DNA from: a virus
Taxonomy: Duplodnaviria; Caudoviricetes
Strand: one strand, 5' to 3'
IMG/VR virus record: IMGVR_UViG_3300050509_000415
Coordinates: 5,253-69,252 of that record
Length of the DNA stretch: 64,000 nucleotides
Positions 26,828 to 36,099 of this stretch are shown here, piece after piece. The position numbers were made by a program, and so were the translations under genes. Each line of letters opens with the position of its first letter. Positions within the stretch are counted from its first letter, which is position 1. The notes beneath the pieces are model-generated. The model saw only the letters and a list, made by a program, of their open reading frames with translations, searched no databases and was not told the origin of the DNA.

Positions 26828-27301
26828 TTAGCAGACGTCTGGAACGGTTATAACAACCGCCGTATCCGCATCGGTTGCCAAGGCCGCCGAAGACTCCCCT
26901 CCCCCCGACGCCAGTGTACGTAAAACTCCGGTCGTAGGTTCAAGTGCGACGGTCGATTCGGTCGGCTTCTGTAGACTAACGTTCAAACCCGCGGTTACGG
27001 AGATCGCCCTAGAAGCCGGGGCCAGTGGCACCAGGATGGCCGTAGATGCGCTTTGGGGGACCAGGGCGATGCTTGCAGCCGTCCCAACGACAAGCCCCGC
27101 GGTGGCGCTTGTAAAGACGCTCGGCGTCCGAACCAGATCGGTAAAGGTGGTCAGGGACCGTTCGGTACCGGCCAGAACGACCAGTTCGGGGTGTATGCAG
27201 TCGGCTACAACCTCCGGAGAAAGCCAACCCAGCCATGCCAGATCGTTTAGAATGCTGGAGCTTACGCCCTCGGTCGCGACGCTTAAGGGTACAATTGCCA
27301 C
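26828..27301 (-). CDS. putative virion accessory protein
   Basis: 157 aa, Ala/Thr/Val-rich, within the structural operon. Confidence 0.55.
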   Translation of the reverse strand: MAIVPLSVATEGVSSSILNDLAWLGWLSPEVVADCIHPELVVLAGTERSLTTFTDLVRTPSVFTSATAGLVVGTAASIALVPQSASTAILVPLAPASRAISVTAGLNVSLQKPTESTVALEPTTGVLRTLASGGGESSAALATDADTAVVITVPDVC

Positions 27302-27308
27302 GTCGCCC

Positions 27309-27842
27309 TTAGGTGCGGGTAACGGTTACAATCCCGCCGCTCTCGGATATCACTTGGTTAATCGTATTGCCCGTCGCCGGAACCCGTCGGTAAGTAGTTC
27401 CGACAACAAGAGGTTTGGCCGGATTTAGGCCGAGCAGTTCGTACATCTCGAGCAACATCAGGTTCTGGGTCGGCGAGAGGGTCCCGGGGAGCGAGTCGAT
27501 TAAGAGCATAAGATCCGCGTCGTCTCCGATCACAGAAGCGCCGTCGTCGACGTGGTATTCAATTGACAGGAATTGACCCGCGGTCAGGGATGAAACCGCC
27601 GAAAGATTGACTGCTCTCTGATAGTGGCCGCGCTCGACCTCCTGCATGGTCTGGTATTTCTCACCCCAACCGCTCGTTTTGAACGTATTGCTGTTGAAGT
27701 CTAGGAAACTGTTCAAGGTAGACGCATCGCGAATCGCCACGGTTGGAGATTTTCCCGTAACTCCGCCCACACCCTCTTGTGATATTGTCAGATCGAGCGG
27801 AACCGCGGTTGCAGTGCGAAGGGCAAGTAAAAGTCCTGACAT
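27309..27842 (-). CDS. putative virion structural protein (beta-rich)
   Basis: 177 aa, beta-strand composition, contiguous with the tail-type genes. Confidence 0.6.
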   Translation of the reverse strand: MSGLLLALRTATAVPLDLTISQEGVGGVTGKSPTVAIRDASTLNSFLDFNSNTFKTSGWGEKYQTMQEVERGHYQRAVNLSAVSSLTAGQFLSIEYHVDDGASVIGDDADLMLLIDSLPGTLSPTQNLMLLEMYELLGLNPAKPLVVGTTYRRVPATGNTINQVISESGGIVTVTRT

Positions 27843-27843
27843 T

Positions 27844-28734
27844 TTAGGCCGTTCGTCTCCACATGTATATCTTAAACCGTTCGTGCTCTAGTCTGATCGG
27901 GACAGTTACTGAAAAATCTGATTCTGTGGCCAATCCGACTGGAATTGACCCTATGAAGCGACTTAGTGCAGTATCGGTTTCCTGTGCGACGCCTACTACG
28001 GCGAGTTTTGTAATCGCGCGCGCGAAGGCTGCGTCGGTCTCGGTAGAAACTCCGGTCGCCAGTAGTTTTATGGCAGAAAGCGCAAAAGCAGAATCGACTT
28101 CGTTCGACCTGCCCACCAACGGCTGAAATCTGCTGTACGCGGAGTCGAGCTCGGTGGAAAACCCAACCCCTATGTTCTTTCTTATGGAAAGCGAGAGAGC
28201 TGAGTCGGTTTCGTTCGATTGCCCGACTGTACCAATTTTCAGTCGTGTCAATGCGGAGGCGAGGTCCGTCTCCGCTGCCAGGTTAGTTACGATTAGTTTG
28301 ACCGCCGCTCGGGCAATCGCAGTATCGCTCTCGGTGGCAATCGCAACTGGAACGAACTTTACGACCGGCCGTGCCAGCGCAGTGTCGGTTTCGACGGCAA
28401 CACCAATCGGATGTCCCCCGTTAACTACTGGCGCTAGGGCGGTGTTTGTCTCGGTGGCAGTCCCGATCGACACAATCTTTATTATCGCTCTCGCCAGGGC
28501 AGCGTCTGTTTCGACCGCAACCCCGACCAAACAAATCTTAACTACCGTTCTGGCTAGGGCGGAGTTGGTTTCGGCTGCAACCCCCGTTGCCGCAATTTTT
28601 CGGATTGAAAGGGCAAGGGCGGTATCGGTTTCGGTTGCTATGCCGTAGGACTGGCTAAAGGCACCCGAGTCGGATGCCCCGATCGCGGCGTCGCCGACGA
28701 AGCTTACCGACGAACCGATCACCAGCCCGCGCAT
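27844..28734 (-). CDS. virion protein with ~13 tandem 20-aa repeats (GxAxETDxALA...)
   Basis: Repeats visible in translation: GIATETDTALALSIRKIAAT / GVAAETNSALARTVVKICLV / GVAVETDAALARAIIKIVSI... Confidence 0.75.
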   Translation of the reverse strand: MRGLVIGSSVSFVGDAAIGASDSGAFSQSYGIATETDTALALSIRKIAATGVAAETNSALARTVVKICLVGVAVETDAALARAIIKIVSIGTATETNTALAPVVNGGHPIGVAVETDTALARPVVKFVPVAIATESDTAIARAAVKLIVTNLAAETDLASALTRLKIGTVGQSNETDSALSLSIRKNIGVGFSTELDSAYSRFQPLVGRSNEVDSAFALSAIKLLATGVSTETDAAFARAITKLAVVGVAQETDTALSRFIGSIPVGLATESDFSVTVPIRLEHERFKIYMWRRTA

Positions 28735-29720
28735 TAGAGTAGCTCGACGGTTGCGCCCTCAACGACGATTTCGTTCGCTGCGTTGGCAACGTTCATGGTG
28801 AATTGAACGCGAAGCGTGCGGTTGGCCGCGTCCGAGTCGACCGCGGCGGAACCGGCGAAGTTCACCGTGCCGAGACGGTTCGATGTGTTCGTGAACGCGA
28901 GGTCGCCAGGGCCGCCGGTGGTCGGCGCGGTCTTCGCGACTTCCACGGGTTGTAACCAGAGCACTCCAGACAAGGCCTGATCGCTGTTTCCCTGCGCGAC
29001 GAGCAAAAAGTCGAGCATCCAAGCGCCGCGATCTGCGTCAGCAACTGCGGCGACGGACGTGTCCGCGAACATCGTCGTTCCTCCGTAGCTCACGGTCAGC
29101 GTGAGGGTGGGAGTGCCGCTGTTGAAGAGGTAGTTTCCACCGATGCGGACGCGGAGTATCCGGCCGGCAAGGAATAGCCCGCTGGGGATAACGACCCCCG
29201 AGGCGGACTTGTTGAGAATGTCGATGGCCGCGGCGGTGTTGTTCGTCGTTTCGGCGGTCGTAGTTGAGTAAATATTGGTTACAGCGCTACCACCGCGCAT
29301 GACGCGGCGATCGAAGATTTGACTCGTCGCGATTGCGGTGTCGTTGGCGGGCACATAGACGCTCGCGATCACGACGTCGTTTGCCGTGCGGGCGGGTGGC
29401 TTGGGTGCAGCAGCCGCGGTCCCGGCGCGAACCGCGAGAGCGCCCGAGCCGTTGACGACGATTAGATCGATACGCGGATTCGTGGCGTCGGCGGTACCGA
29501 TCGTAACGTCCGCGGCAGCAACGGCAAATAGGACCCCGTTGCTCAGTACCGCCCCCTTGGCGACGGCCGGCGTCATGTCGGCACCGCCCGTTACGGCGAG
29601 ACCCGAGAGCACGCAGTCGCTGCCGGAAATGCCGGCGACCAATATCTCCAAGTCCTCTTGGAAGAGGATTGATTGGATATCATTGTCGCCCTCGCCCTTA
29701 TCGGGGAGAGTCCAGGCCAT
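28734..29720 (-). CDS. putative tail/fibre protein
   Basis: Start revised to MAWTLPDK at 29720. ADATNPRIDLIVV...PARTANDVVIASVYVPAN is typical of tail-fibre N-terminal domains. Confidence 0.7.
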   Translation of the reverse strand: MAWTLPDKGEGDNDIQSILFQEDLEILVAGISGSDCVLSGLAVTGGADMTPAVAKGAVLSNGVLFAVAAADVTIGTADATNPRIDLIVVNGSGALAVRAGTAAAAPKPPARTANDVVIASVYVPANDTAIATSQIFDRRVMRGGSAVTNIYSTTTAETTNNTAAAIDILNKSASGVVIPSGLFLAGRILRVRIGGNYLFNSGTPTLTLTVSYGGTTMFADTSVAAVADADRGAWMLDFLLVAQGNSDQALSGVLWLQPVEVAKTAPTTGGPGDLAFTNTSNRLGTVNFAGSAAVDSDAANRTLRVQFTMNVANAANEIVVEGATVELL

Positions 29721-30181
29721 TATGACGCTCGGAAGAAGACGCCGGTCGTAAGCTGGATGTCGTTGCCGTCTGGGGTAACCACGGCGTCGAACATGGTAAG
29801 CGGGATGATGTTTGAATCGGTTCCCGCGCCGGTATCCGCGTCGTAGCAAACCAAGATCTTGCTGATCGCGTTGCCGGTTGCGGCCGTCCAAGTAACGGTC
29901 GGAAGCGATACCTCATATCGGTCGTTGGTATCGTCCGGTGCCGGTAGTGCCGCCAATTCCGTTTCCGTCAGAGTCTTGCGACCCATCGTGGTCTGTTCGT
30001 TGGTGGTCCCGCTCAGAACGGCAGCCAGATCGTCCTTGTCGATCAGGGTGGCGTCCGACTCGAGCCCTGAAGTTTCAATCGGTACGAGAATCAGAGCCGA
30101 TGCGGAGGGGTCGTTGCTTTCTACCCTGTTATAAAGCTCGACGACCCGACCTTTCGCTGCGTTAAAAACGATATTTGACAT
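29720..30181 (-). CDS. conserved virion structural protein (MSNIVFNAAKG...)
   Basis: Start revised to 30181. Has GRKTL, VTWTAA and LTMFD...PDG.DI. Confidence 0.75.
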   Translation of the reverse strand: MSNIVFNAAKGRVVELYNRVESNDPSASALILVPIETSGLESDATLIDKDDLAAVLSGTTNEQTTMGRKTLTETELAALPAPDDTNDRYEVSLPTVTWTAATGNAISKILVCYDADTGAGTDSNIIPLTMFDAVVTPDGNDIQLTTGVFFRAS

Positions 30182-30189
30182 GCTCCTTC

Positions 30190-30441
30190 CTATTTGCTCG
30201 TTAGGTAAAAGTTCCCCGGGATAGCCACCCACGTGCCATAGCCGAGCACTATGTCAGGGGATGTGGGGTTTTCTGAAATATACAAGGACCCGACCGGATA
30301 TACAAATCCCTGGGTCGCCTCGATGACGACGGCGTCGGCAATCGCCTGGGCCATCGGGGCCCTTTCCGCCGGATGGTTAATCGAGTAATTATCCAGCGCA
30401 GACAGAATCGCGGCTCCGAGCCTAGCTGCATCGGCCGGCAT
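30190..30441 (-). CDS. small tail-associated protein (YPVGSLYIS...P...LGYGTW)
   Basis: The YPVGS.Y motif is typical of phage baseplate/fibre domains. Confidence 0.65.
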   Translation of the reverse strand: MPADAARLGAAILSALDNYSINHPAERAPMAQAIADAVVIEATQGFVYPVGSLYISENPTSPDIVLGYGTWVAIPGNFYLTSK

Positions 30442-31433
30442 TACAAGAGCTCCAATCGCCAGTCGATAAAGGATTCTCCCAAATCCGTGGTACGGATTCG
30501 ACTTTTCGGCGTATTAAGGTAGGAATTTGAGGTCTGAACTATGAAAGATGCGACAAACAGAAACTCATGTGCGAAGTTTCGTAATGACCCTAAACCATTG
30601 AGTTTTAAGTTCTGAAGTTCGACGTTGGCCCCTGATCGAGCCGCGGTTATGGTTGGATAATCGGTCTGTCCTACAACCCAAGCATAGAACGGTGCAGAGA
30701 TGGAATTGAGAACCACCAGATGCATCAGACAGAACTGGTTGTTGGTGACTTCGGTTAGCTGCCAGGTAGCCCCTGTGAATTGGTTGTAGGCGGCCCTTCC
30801 GGAGCCCGTGGTAGTAGCAACGAATCCGGTGCTGGCTACTTTTCTCCAGTCACCGGCCGCCCCCGAGCGATACAAGAATGGTGCCGTAAGTGGTGAGGTT
30901 CCGGCTGCAAACGAGTGTTTTATATCCTCGTCCCACATAATCCCGGTGTCGACTCCGATCTGAATATGAGAATTAAGGTCCCCGCTACCATCCGCAGTTA
31001 CGCCATTGGGCGCGAATCCATCTTGCCATTTGGTATGTTGGGTATTGTGCAAATATACATGCAATGCGCCCTGAATTTCGCGCCCGTGTCTCTCTTCTGC
31101 CACCAGTAGCGAAATGTTATTGGTCGCGTCCCAATAGACGGCTCCGGTGTAGGCGTAGGTAGTTAGAATTGCTTCGGAGAAGGTCTGGGTCGTAACCAGA
31201 TCCCCGGATGTATCGAAATAGAAGAAGTGAATTCCTTCGGCGTCCGGAATGACGACCGAGTCTCCGGTGCTAGTAAAGGGCAATCCGCCCGAATAGAATG
31301 TAAAATCCGTCCCAGTCGGGGCAATCGAAAAGGTCCTCGTTCCATCGTCGAATGATATGGTCGAGGTGGTCCGCGTGTCGTATCCGTTTTCGACCCCGGC
31401 GGTACCCAGTGGAATGGGGATGTAAAGCGGCAA
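30441..31433 (-). CDS. putative tail fibre/baseplate domain protein
   Basis: 330 aa, Thr/Gly/aromatic beta-rich. Confidence 0.65.
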   Translation of the reverse strand: MPLYIPIPLGTAGVENGYDTRTTSTISFDDGTRTFSIAPTGTDFTFYSGGLPFTSTGDSVVIPDAEGIHFFYFDTSGDLVTTQTFSEAILTTYAYTGAVYWDATNNISLLVAEERHGREIQGALHVYLHNTQHTKWQDGFAPNGVTADGSGDLNSHIQIGVDTGIMWDEDIKHSFAAGTSPLTAPFLYRSGAAGDWRKVASTGFVATTTGSGRAAYNQFTGATWQLTEVTNNQFCLMHLVVLNSISAPFYAWVVGQTDYPTITAARSGANVELQNLKLNGLGSLRNFAHEFLFVASFIVQTSNSYLNTPKSRIRTTDLGESFIDWRLELL

Positions 31434-32129
31434 TTAGGTCTCCGTAACCCGCGCCGCGCCCGAGGCCGCGGTCCAAATTCCATCGATGCGCCCGGTGTAA
31501 ACCGGCTTTGGAAGCTCAAAGTATGCACCCGGGACCATCTTTACCGTGTAGTCAGACGCGGACGCCGTAGTACCCAGTTTAACGTATAAGGTTGCCGTGG
31601 CGCTATCGTTCGCCACCGAAGCCATCTTACGGCTAGTGTTCGCAGCCAGAAGCTGTACGCTACTCGCGCTGGCCGACACGCTTGTTACTACCGCGGTCGC
31701 AGGGCGAATCTCGTCAACCGAGCCGGATGCCACCCGAACAATCTCGACCGGTTCGTTCGCGTCGATGGGTTGATTCAAGAACCGGGTAAGCCGAATTGCG
31801 CTTTCCCGATGGTACACGACTGTCAACCGTAGTTCTGTAAGAGGGGTGGCGCCGTTTATGTACCGAAGACGGAAATAGGGAAGTACTGTGCGCAGGATGA
31901 CGGGCGGCATTACCGGCCCTGTCAGCGTAATAGGAACCGACACGTCCCAACAAGTGCCATCTGGCGAAAACTCGAAATATAAGGTTGCAGGTGCGACCGA
32001 CGGTGACCCACCAAGGTTGATATCGACTTCCTGGTAGGACGTAAGAATGTCCGCGTCCCCGACGAAGGAAGCCCCCGCGCCAAGCGGCGTAGTCGTCGAA
32101 TTGTTCTGGCTTACGAAGATCTGCGACAT
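31434..32129 (-). CDS. virion accessory protein, two beta-sandwich-like domains
   Basis: The C-terminal ~80 aa is paralogous to 32129-32464 (LLAAN..R...LYV...S.S..T...ELP..[YF]TG.I.GIW). Confidence 0.7.
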   Translation of the reverse strand: MSQIFVSQNNSTTTPLGAGASFVGDADILTSYQEVDINLGGSPSVAPATLYFEFSPDGTCWDVSVPITLTGPVMPPVILRTVLPYFRLRYINGATPLTELRLTVVYHRESAIRLTRFLNQPIDANEPVEIVRVASGSVDEIRPATAVVTSVSASASSVQLLAANTSRKMASVANDSATATLYVKLGTTASASDYTVKMVPGAYFELPKPVYTGRIDGIWTAASGAARVTET

Positions 32130-32464
32130 TAGGAAATCTCCGTAATCCGCGCATTGCCGGTGGCCACGGTCCAGATACCCCGAATCTGACCGGTAAATCC
32201 GCCGGGCAACTCCTTTTCGGCGTTAGCCGAGACGATTAGGGTGAAGCTTGACGTCGAAACGGCCGAGACCCCGTAGCCTACGTAGAGGGGAGAGTCTGAT
32301 TGGTTGTAGATAATAAGCGCCTGTCGCGATGCGTTGGCCGCTACAAGCAGCGTATCGGAAACAGATGCGGCGACCGACGTACGAGCCGCCGTCCCTGCCT
32401 GTGAGACGGTGCGGATCGAATCGGTTAGATACGAAAGTACGCGGCCTACCGTAATCGCTGCCAT
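32129..32464 (-). CDS. small virion accessory protein
   Basis: Paralog of the neighbouring C-terminal domain. Confidence 0.7.
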   Translation of the reverse strand: MAAITVGRVLSYLTDSIRTVSQAGTAARTSVAASVSDTLLVAANASRQALIIYNQSDSPLYVGYGVSAVSTSSFTLIVSANAEKELPGGFTGQIRGIWTVATGNARITEIS

Positions 32465-32527
32465 CGGGGTCTTAGTATACGGGCCTTAAGGAAATTGCCC
32501 TGTCTTGGTTACGATGCCTAATTCGGG

Positions 32528-32554
32528 TTGACACGCTTACCCGCCGTGTTTATC
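32528..32554 (+). promoter_or_regulatory. putative promoter TTGACA-N16-TTATC
   Basis: Lies upstream of the AAAGGA RBS and ATG 32579. Same motif as 18563 and 26115. Confidence 0.65.
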
Positions 32555-32578
32555 CCTAATTTTGCGAAAGGATCGTAA

Positions 32579-33295
32579 ATGACTAAGGAAAGTTCGGTGG
32601 TTTTCTCAATCGAGGAGCTGATGCGTATTGAAAAGGAGCGCATCGCCGAGGAGCAGGCGGCGGCAGTCGCCCTGGAACAGGCCGAAATCGAAAGACAAGA
32701 AGCCCGCGAGCGCCAGGCCGAGGAAGCCGAGATCGAACGGGATAAAGCCCGACGGCTCGAGAAGTTCCGGCAACTGGGCGAGGAAGCCCGGCTCGAAGGC
32801 ATCAAGAACGCCCAGATCGAAAAGGTCCGCCGCGAGTTTCAGCACCGCACCCACATGGAAAAGCTTGCCGCCGAGCTAGCCCACGAAGAGCGCATTGCCG
32901 AGGTAACCAACGACGGAACCAAGCGAAAGCTTAAGCGTATCGCCGCGTTCGCCGTCGGGTGTTTGTTCGTGTTCGCCGTCGGGGGCGGACTATTGTGGTC
33001 CCGGGCGTCGAGCCGTATGACCGCCGAAGCCGCAAATCTTACGTCACAGACGCAGGCGGTTCAGGCCGAGCGCGACCGACTCAAGCGTGAACTCAACGAA
33101 AAGAACCGCAAGGTGCGCGATCTTGAGTATCAACTCGAAACAACGCCAAACGCCGCCGACCGTGCCGACATCTCCAACCGGTTGAATCAGGCGAAAAAGG
33201 ATAGCGACGATACCCGCCGTCAGATTGGGCCGAGGAATTGGGGAGTTAAGCCGTGTACTTGTCCGCCGGGCGACCCGATGTGCCCGTGCCTTTAA
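32579..33295 (+). CDS. myxobacterial (Polyangiaceae)-like coiled-coil membrane protein ending in CxCxPGDPMCxCL
   Basis: KESSVVFSIEELMRIEKERI N-terminus, long coiled coil, one TM and a terminal CTCPPGDPMCPCL. I recall this pattern from Sorangium/Polyangium proteins. Confidence 0.75.
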   Translation: MTKESSVVFSIEELMRIEKERIAEEQAAAVALEQAEIERQEARERQAEEAEIERDKARRLEKFRQLGEEARLEGIKNAQIEKVRREFQHRTHMEKLAAELAHEERIAEVTNDGTKRKLKRIAAFAVGCLFVFAVGGGLLWSRASSRMTAEAANLTSQTQAVQAERDRLKRELNEKNRKVRDLEYQLETTPNAADRADISNRLNQAKKDSDDTRRQIGPRNWGVKPCTCPPGDPMCPCL

Positions 33296-33305
33296 CCCGG
33301 CGAAG

Positions 33306-34229
33306 CTAGATCTTGTAAACGGGCTGCTTGGCTTCCTGCGCAGAACCAAATTCTGGCAGCCAGCGACGTTCCCACTTACGCTGGCGTAGTTCGTCCTCGA
33401 TCAGATTCCGACGTTCGACGTCGTCCAGAACTGGCGGCTCGACGAGTACGTCCGCGTTCGGGTCCCGGTACGTGCCGGTCATGCCGGGGTACTCCCGCGT
33501 AGGGAAGTATTGGATCGGGTGTTCGCGCAGGGGATCGATGTTGGCGTCGGTCGTATCGGTCGAACGAATGACCATCTCGGGCGCCATCTTGTAAGGCGTC
33601 TTACCGACGGGGGCTGCGGCCGGGACTACGCCGCGGCGCTTAAGCTCAAGAAGATACTCCGGTTTTCGCATGCCCTCTGGCATGAACGAGTAATCTTCGT
33701 GGGCTTCTTGCGCCCGCTGTTTTTGCCAGTCTTCCGCCGCCTCACGAGCACGTGATTCTTGCCATTTACGGCCTTGCTCGGCGGCTTCTGCGGCGCTTTT
33801 GGGTGTTACGGGGGCCGACGTACGGCTGCGGATCGCGTTGAGCAGGGGTGCGTATGCGGCACCGGGTGCGGCACTGGCCGCGGACATCTCGGCCATCTTC
33901 TGCGCCTGGAGTGCGTGGAGCTGGGCTAGGAGGGCGGCGTGCTTCTTTTCGGCCGGTTTGCCGGTTTTAGTGTCTGTCATTTCTCCGCCTGGTCCAATTG
34001 GTAGGTACCGGTTGGGATGATCTGGCGATTTGAACTCAGAAGGCCAATGTCCGGTTTCATCTGGCTTTGAACCGGCCAACCATGCCGCTCGATAGTCGTA
34101 ATGGTGTCTTGGATCGTCCGGGTTTGGGTCTAGGTCCCAGCGCTTTGCTTGATCTGCGTAGAAGGCTCTGAACTGTTTCTCTTTCTCGGGGGGTAGAACA
34201 GTAGATTTCTTCTTCCGTTCGTCCGCCAT
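33306..34229 (-). CDS. hypothetical, possible internal virion protein
   Basis: 307 aa. A compact N-domain (YDYRAAW...GHWPSEFK.PDHPNRY) is followed by Ala/Glu/Lys-rich helices. Confidence 0.6.
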   Translation of the reverse strand: MADERKKKSTVLPPEKEKQFRAFYADQAKRWDLDPNPDDPRHHYDYRAAWLAGSKPDETGHWPSEFKSPDHPNRYLPIGPGGEMTDTKTGKPAEKKHAALLAQLHALQAQKMAEMSAASAAPGAAYAPLLNAIRSRTSAPVTPKSAAEAAEQGRKWQESRAREAAEDWQKQRAQEAHEDYSFMPEGMRKPEYLLELKRRGVVPAAAPVGKTPYKMAPEMVIRSTDTTDANIDPLREHPIQYFPTREYPGMTGTYRDPNADVLVEPPVLDDVERRNLIEDELRQRKWERRWLPEFGSAQEAKQPVYKI

Positions 34230-34230
34230 T

Positions 34231-34401
34231 TTAGTTCAGTTTGTGCTTTTCCGCGGCGCGTTTACGGGCGGCTTCGAGCTCTTGGCCCGCGCGGTCTACC
34301 GGTGGAACGGTCGACTTTTGAGCCGGTTTCTGGTTCTTTTGAGCAAGAAATTTTGCCAGCTCAACTAGTGCCGACAATAATGCTCCAACTAGTGCCCACA
34401 T
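34231..34401 (-). CDS. small membrane-anchored protein
   Basis: Start revised to MWALVGALL. Hydrophobic N-terminus and basic tail. Confidence 0.55.
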   Translation of the reverse strand: MWALVGALLSALVELAKFLAQKNQKPAQKSTVPPVDRAGQELEAARKRAAEKHKLN

Positions 34402-34408
34402 ATCGCCT

Positions 34409-34852
34409 CTAGGCTTCGGACGCATAGGACTTGGCGAGCTTCAAACCAGTCAATATCGCCGTAGGAATTTTTACCCCATGCGACTTGAGCTCGTTGGCAA
34501 CCAAGATGAGCGCCTCGGCCGCATCCGCGATGTAAGTCTTGAGCGTCGCTTCGCCTTCCTTTTCTCCGGTTACATACGGCTCGGCGAGCTCGAGTGAGGT
34601 CTTGGCCCGACGCAGGCGCTGTACCTGCTCGGCGGCCTTTTCAAGATCTTCGGGGGTGGGGTCCGGCATTGACCCAATCCAGGTGGCGGTTTCCTCTTCG
34701 AGGTACTCGAGTCCGGCCTTGGCGAATCCAAAGGCAACGTGGGCGGCCTGCTGGGCGCTGGAAGGGTCTTTGGCCCCGCCGAGGACCATACATCCGGGGG
34801 TAAGGGCGAGCGAAACGGCGAGTACGAGGGCGGTAAGGGGCTTAAGTTTCAT
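34409..34852 (-). CDS. lipoprotein (possible lysis accessory)
   Basis: MKLKPLTALVLAVSLALTPG-C lipobox and a helical body. Confidence 0.65.
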   Translation of the reverse strand: MKLKPLTALVLAVSLALTPGCMVLGGAKDPSSAQQAAHVAFGFAKAGLEYLEEETATWIGSMPDPTPEDLEKAAEQVQRLRRAKTSLELAEPYVTGEKEGEATLKTYIADAAEALILVANELKSHGVKIPTAILTGLKLAKSYASEA

Positions 34853-34949
34853 GGGAAGGCGCTACGTGCCCTTATAAGGGCGTTTGGGGTCGGATGGGGT
34901 CTGGGGTCGTCCGACGGGTGAAAAGCGATTGTGGGGCAACCTGGACGGA

Positions 34950-35141
34950 TTATTCGCCATCCGGGGGGTCGGTCTGGGCAACCCCGCGCTTCCAGGCGAC
35001 CAGTACGCCCGAAACGAAGCTTACGGCGGACCCAACGGCGAGCTGGGCGTCCATTTTACCAAGGGCGGCAAGCATGAAGATGCCGGCGATTACGAGGCCA
35101 ACGAGTCCGAGGACCCATTTGGTGTCTTTAAGGAGATCCAT
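34950..35141 (-). CDS. two-TM holin-like protein
   Basis: 63 aa, two hydrophobic helices and a charged C-terminus. Confidence 0.55.
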   Translation of the reverse strand: MDLLKDTKWVLGLVGLVIAGIFMLAALGKMDAQLAVGSAVSFVSGVLVAWKRGVAQTDPPDGE

Positions 35142-35264
35142 GTGGGTAAACCTAGCAGGTAGAGGTACTAAGGACGAGGTCGTCGACCACTACGGCCGTG
35201 ATAACCAGACATTCCTCATCGGTATAACCGAACTGAAAGTTAAAAAGGAAGTAGATTTGGGGGA

Positions 35265-36089
35265 TCATGGGGCCACGAAGAAGTGAACGGTCCAGATGGT
35301 ATTGGCCAGTGCGCCCGAACAGTTTATAACCAGCGCGGTATTAGCCGTAAGCTTCCATGGCGGGTTGTATTGCATTTGAACCGGCGCGCTGTTTGTGACC
35401 CAGGCATTGATACCGGATACACCGCCGGCCCCGTCCTTAAATTGGACTTGATTACCGGTCGCGTTTGAGTTCGTAACGCAGATACCGGTTACGTATATTG
35501 ATAGACTGGCCCCCGGGGTGGCAATTGCGTCCGTATCACCGCTGGTAGCCTTGGTGCCCGAGGTGGGACCATTGGTACCGGCCGCCGCGACATTTGATGG
35601 GAAGTTCAGTACTGCTACGGCACGACCCTGTCGGTCGCCCCATGCGTAAACGACGTCGCCGTCCGCGTCGACCGCGGTTGGTTCGTTCGCGCTGGCACGA
35701 TAGGCGACACTAAACGGATTTTCTACGACCGGTTCGTCGTGTTCGGTCATACCGCGTACGGGTTGGAAGGTCGTTCCCGTAGGATCGATACGAATCGGGA
35801 AGGTTGCCGTGCCACCAGCAACGGGGCCGCCCGCCGAGGGCAACGCAATACCCACGGAGACGCGGTTGACGGTGCCGACGCCCGAATCGAGGTCGAGCGA
35901 GGCGATATTGAGGTTGGCCGAGCCGTCGTTTAGACGGACGGGTACCGGGTTGGTCTCGGAAACGTCCGTTGCAGTCCCGTCGGCACCGATTTCGATTTTA
36001 ACGCGCGGGTGTTGGACCCCCGCCAGGTCGTCGCTAGCGAAAGTGACGCCGGGGGTAGTTACAGCCTGTGCCTGGATATTATCACTCAA
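35265..36089 (-). CDS. virion accessory protein
   Basis: N-terminal FASDDLAGVQHPRVKIEIGADGTATDVSETNPVPV is familiar from phage structural proteins. Beta-rich C-domain. Confidence 0.7.
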   Translation of the reverse strand: MSDNIQAQAVTTPGVTFASDDLAGVQHPRVKIEIGADGTATDVSETNPVPVRLNDGSANLNIASLDLDSGVGTVNRVSVGIALPSAGGPVAGGTATFPIRIDPTGTTFQPVRGMTEHDEPVVENPFSVAYRASANEPTAVDADGDVVYAWGDRQGRAVAVLNFPSNVAAAGTNGPTSGTKATSGDTDAIATPGASLSIYVTGICVTNSNATGNQVQFKDGAGGVSGINAWVTNSAPVQMQYNPPWKLTANTALVINCSGALANTIWTVHFFVAP

Positions 36090-36099
36090 GACTTAGCCC

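Noticed and set aside
26802-26828. TTGTCG-N15-TATAAT at the end of the RAMP-like gene as a promoter for a downstream RNA
   Set aside because: The spacer is short, TATAAT overlaps the stop codon, and no array or free space follows.
28734-30232. Annotated long N-termini of ORFs 28734-29891 and 29720-30232
   Set aside because: They overlap neighbouring genes. Coupled starts at 29720 and 30181 give typical structural-protein N-termini.
34880-34915. GGGGTC x3 short repeats near the holin-like gene
   Set aside because: Only three irregularly spaced copies with no consistent period.
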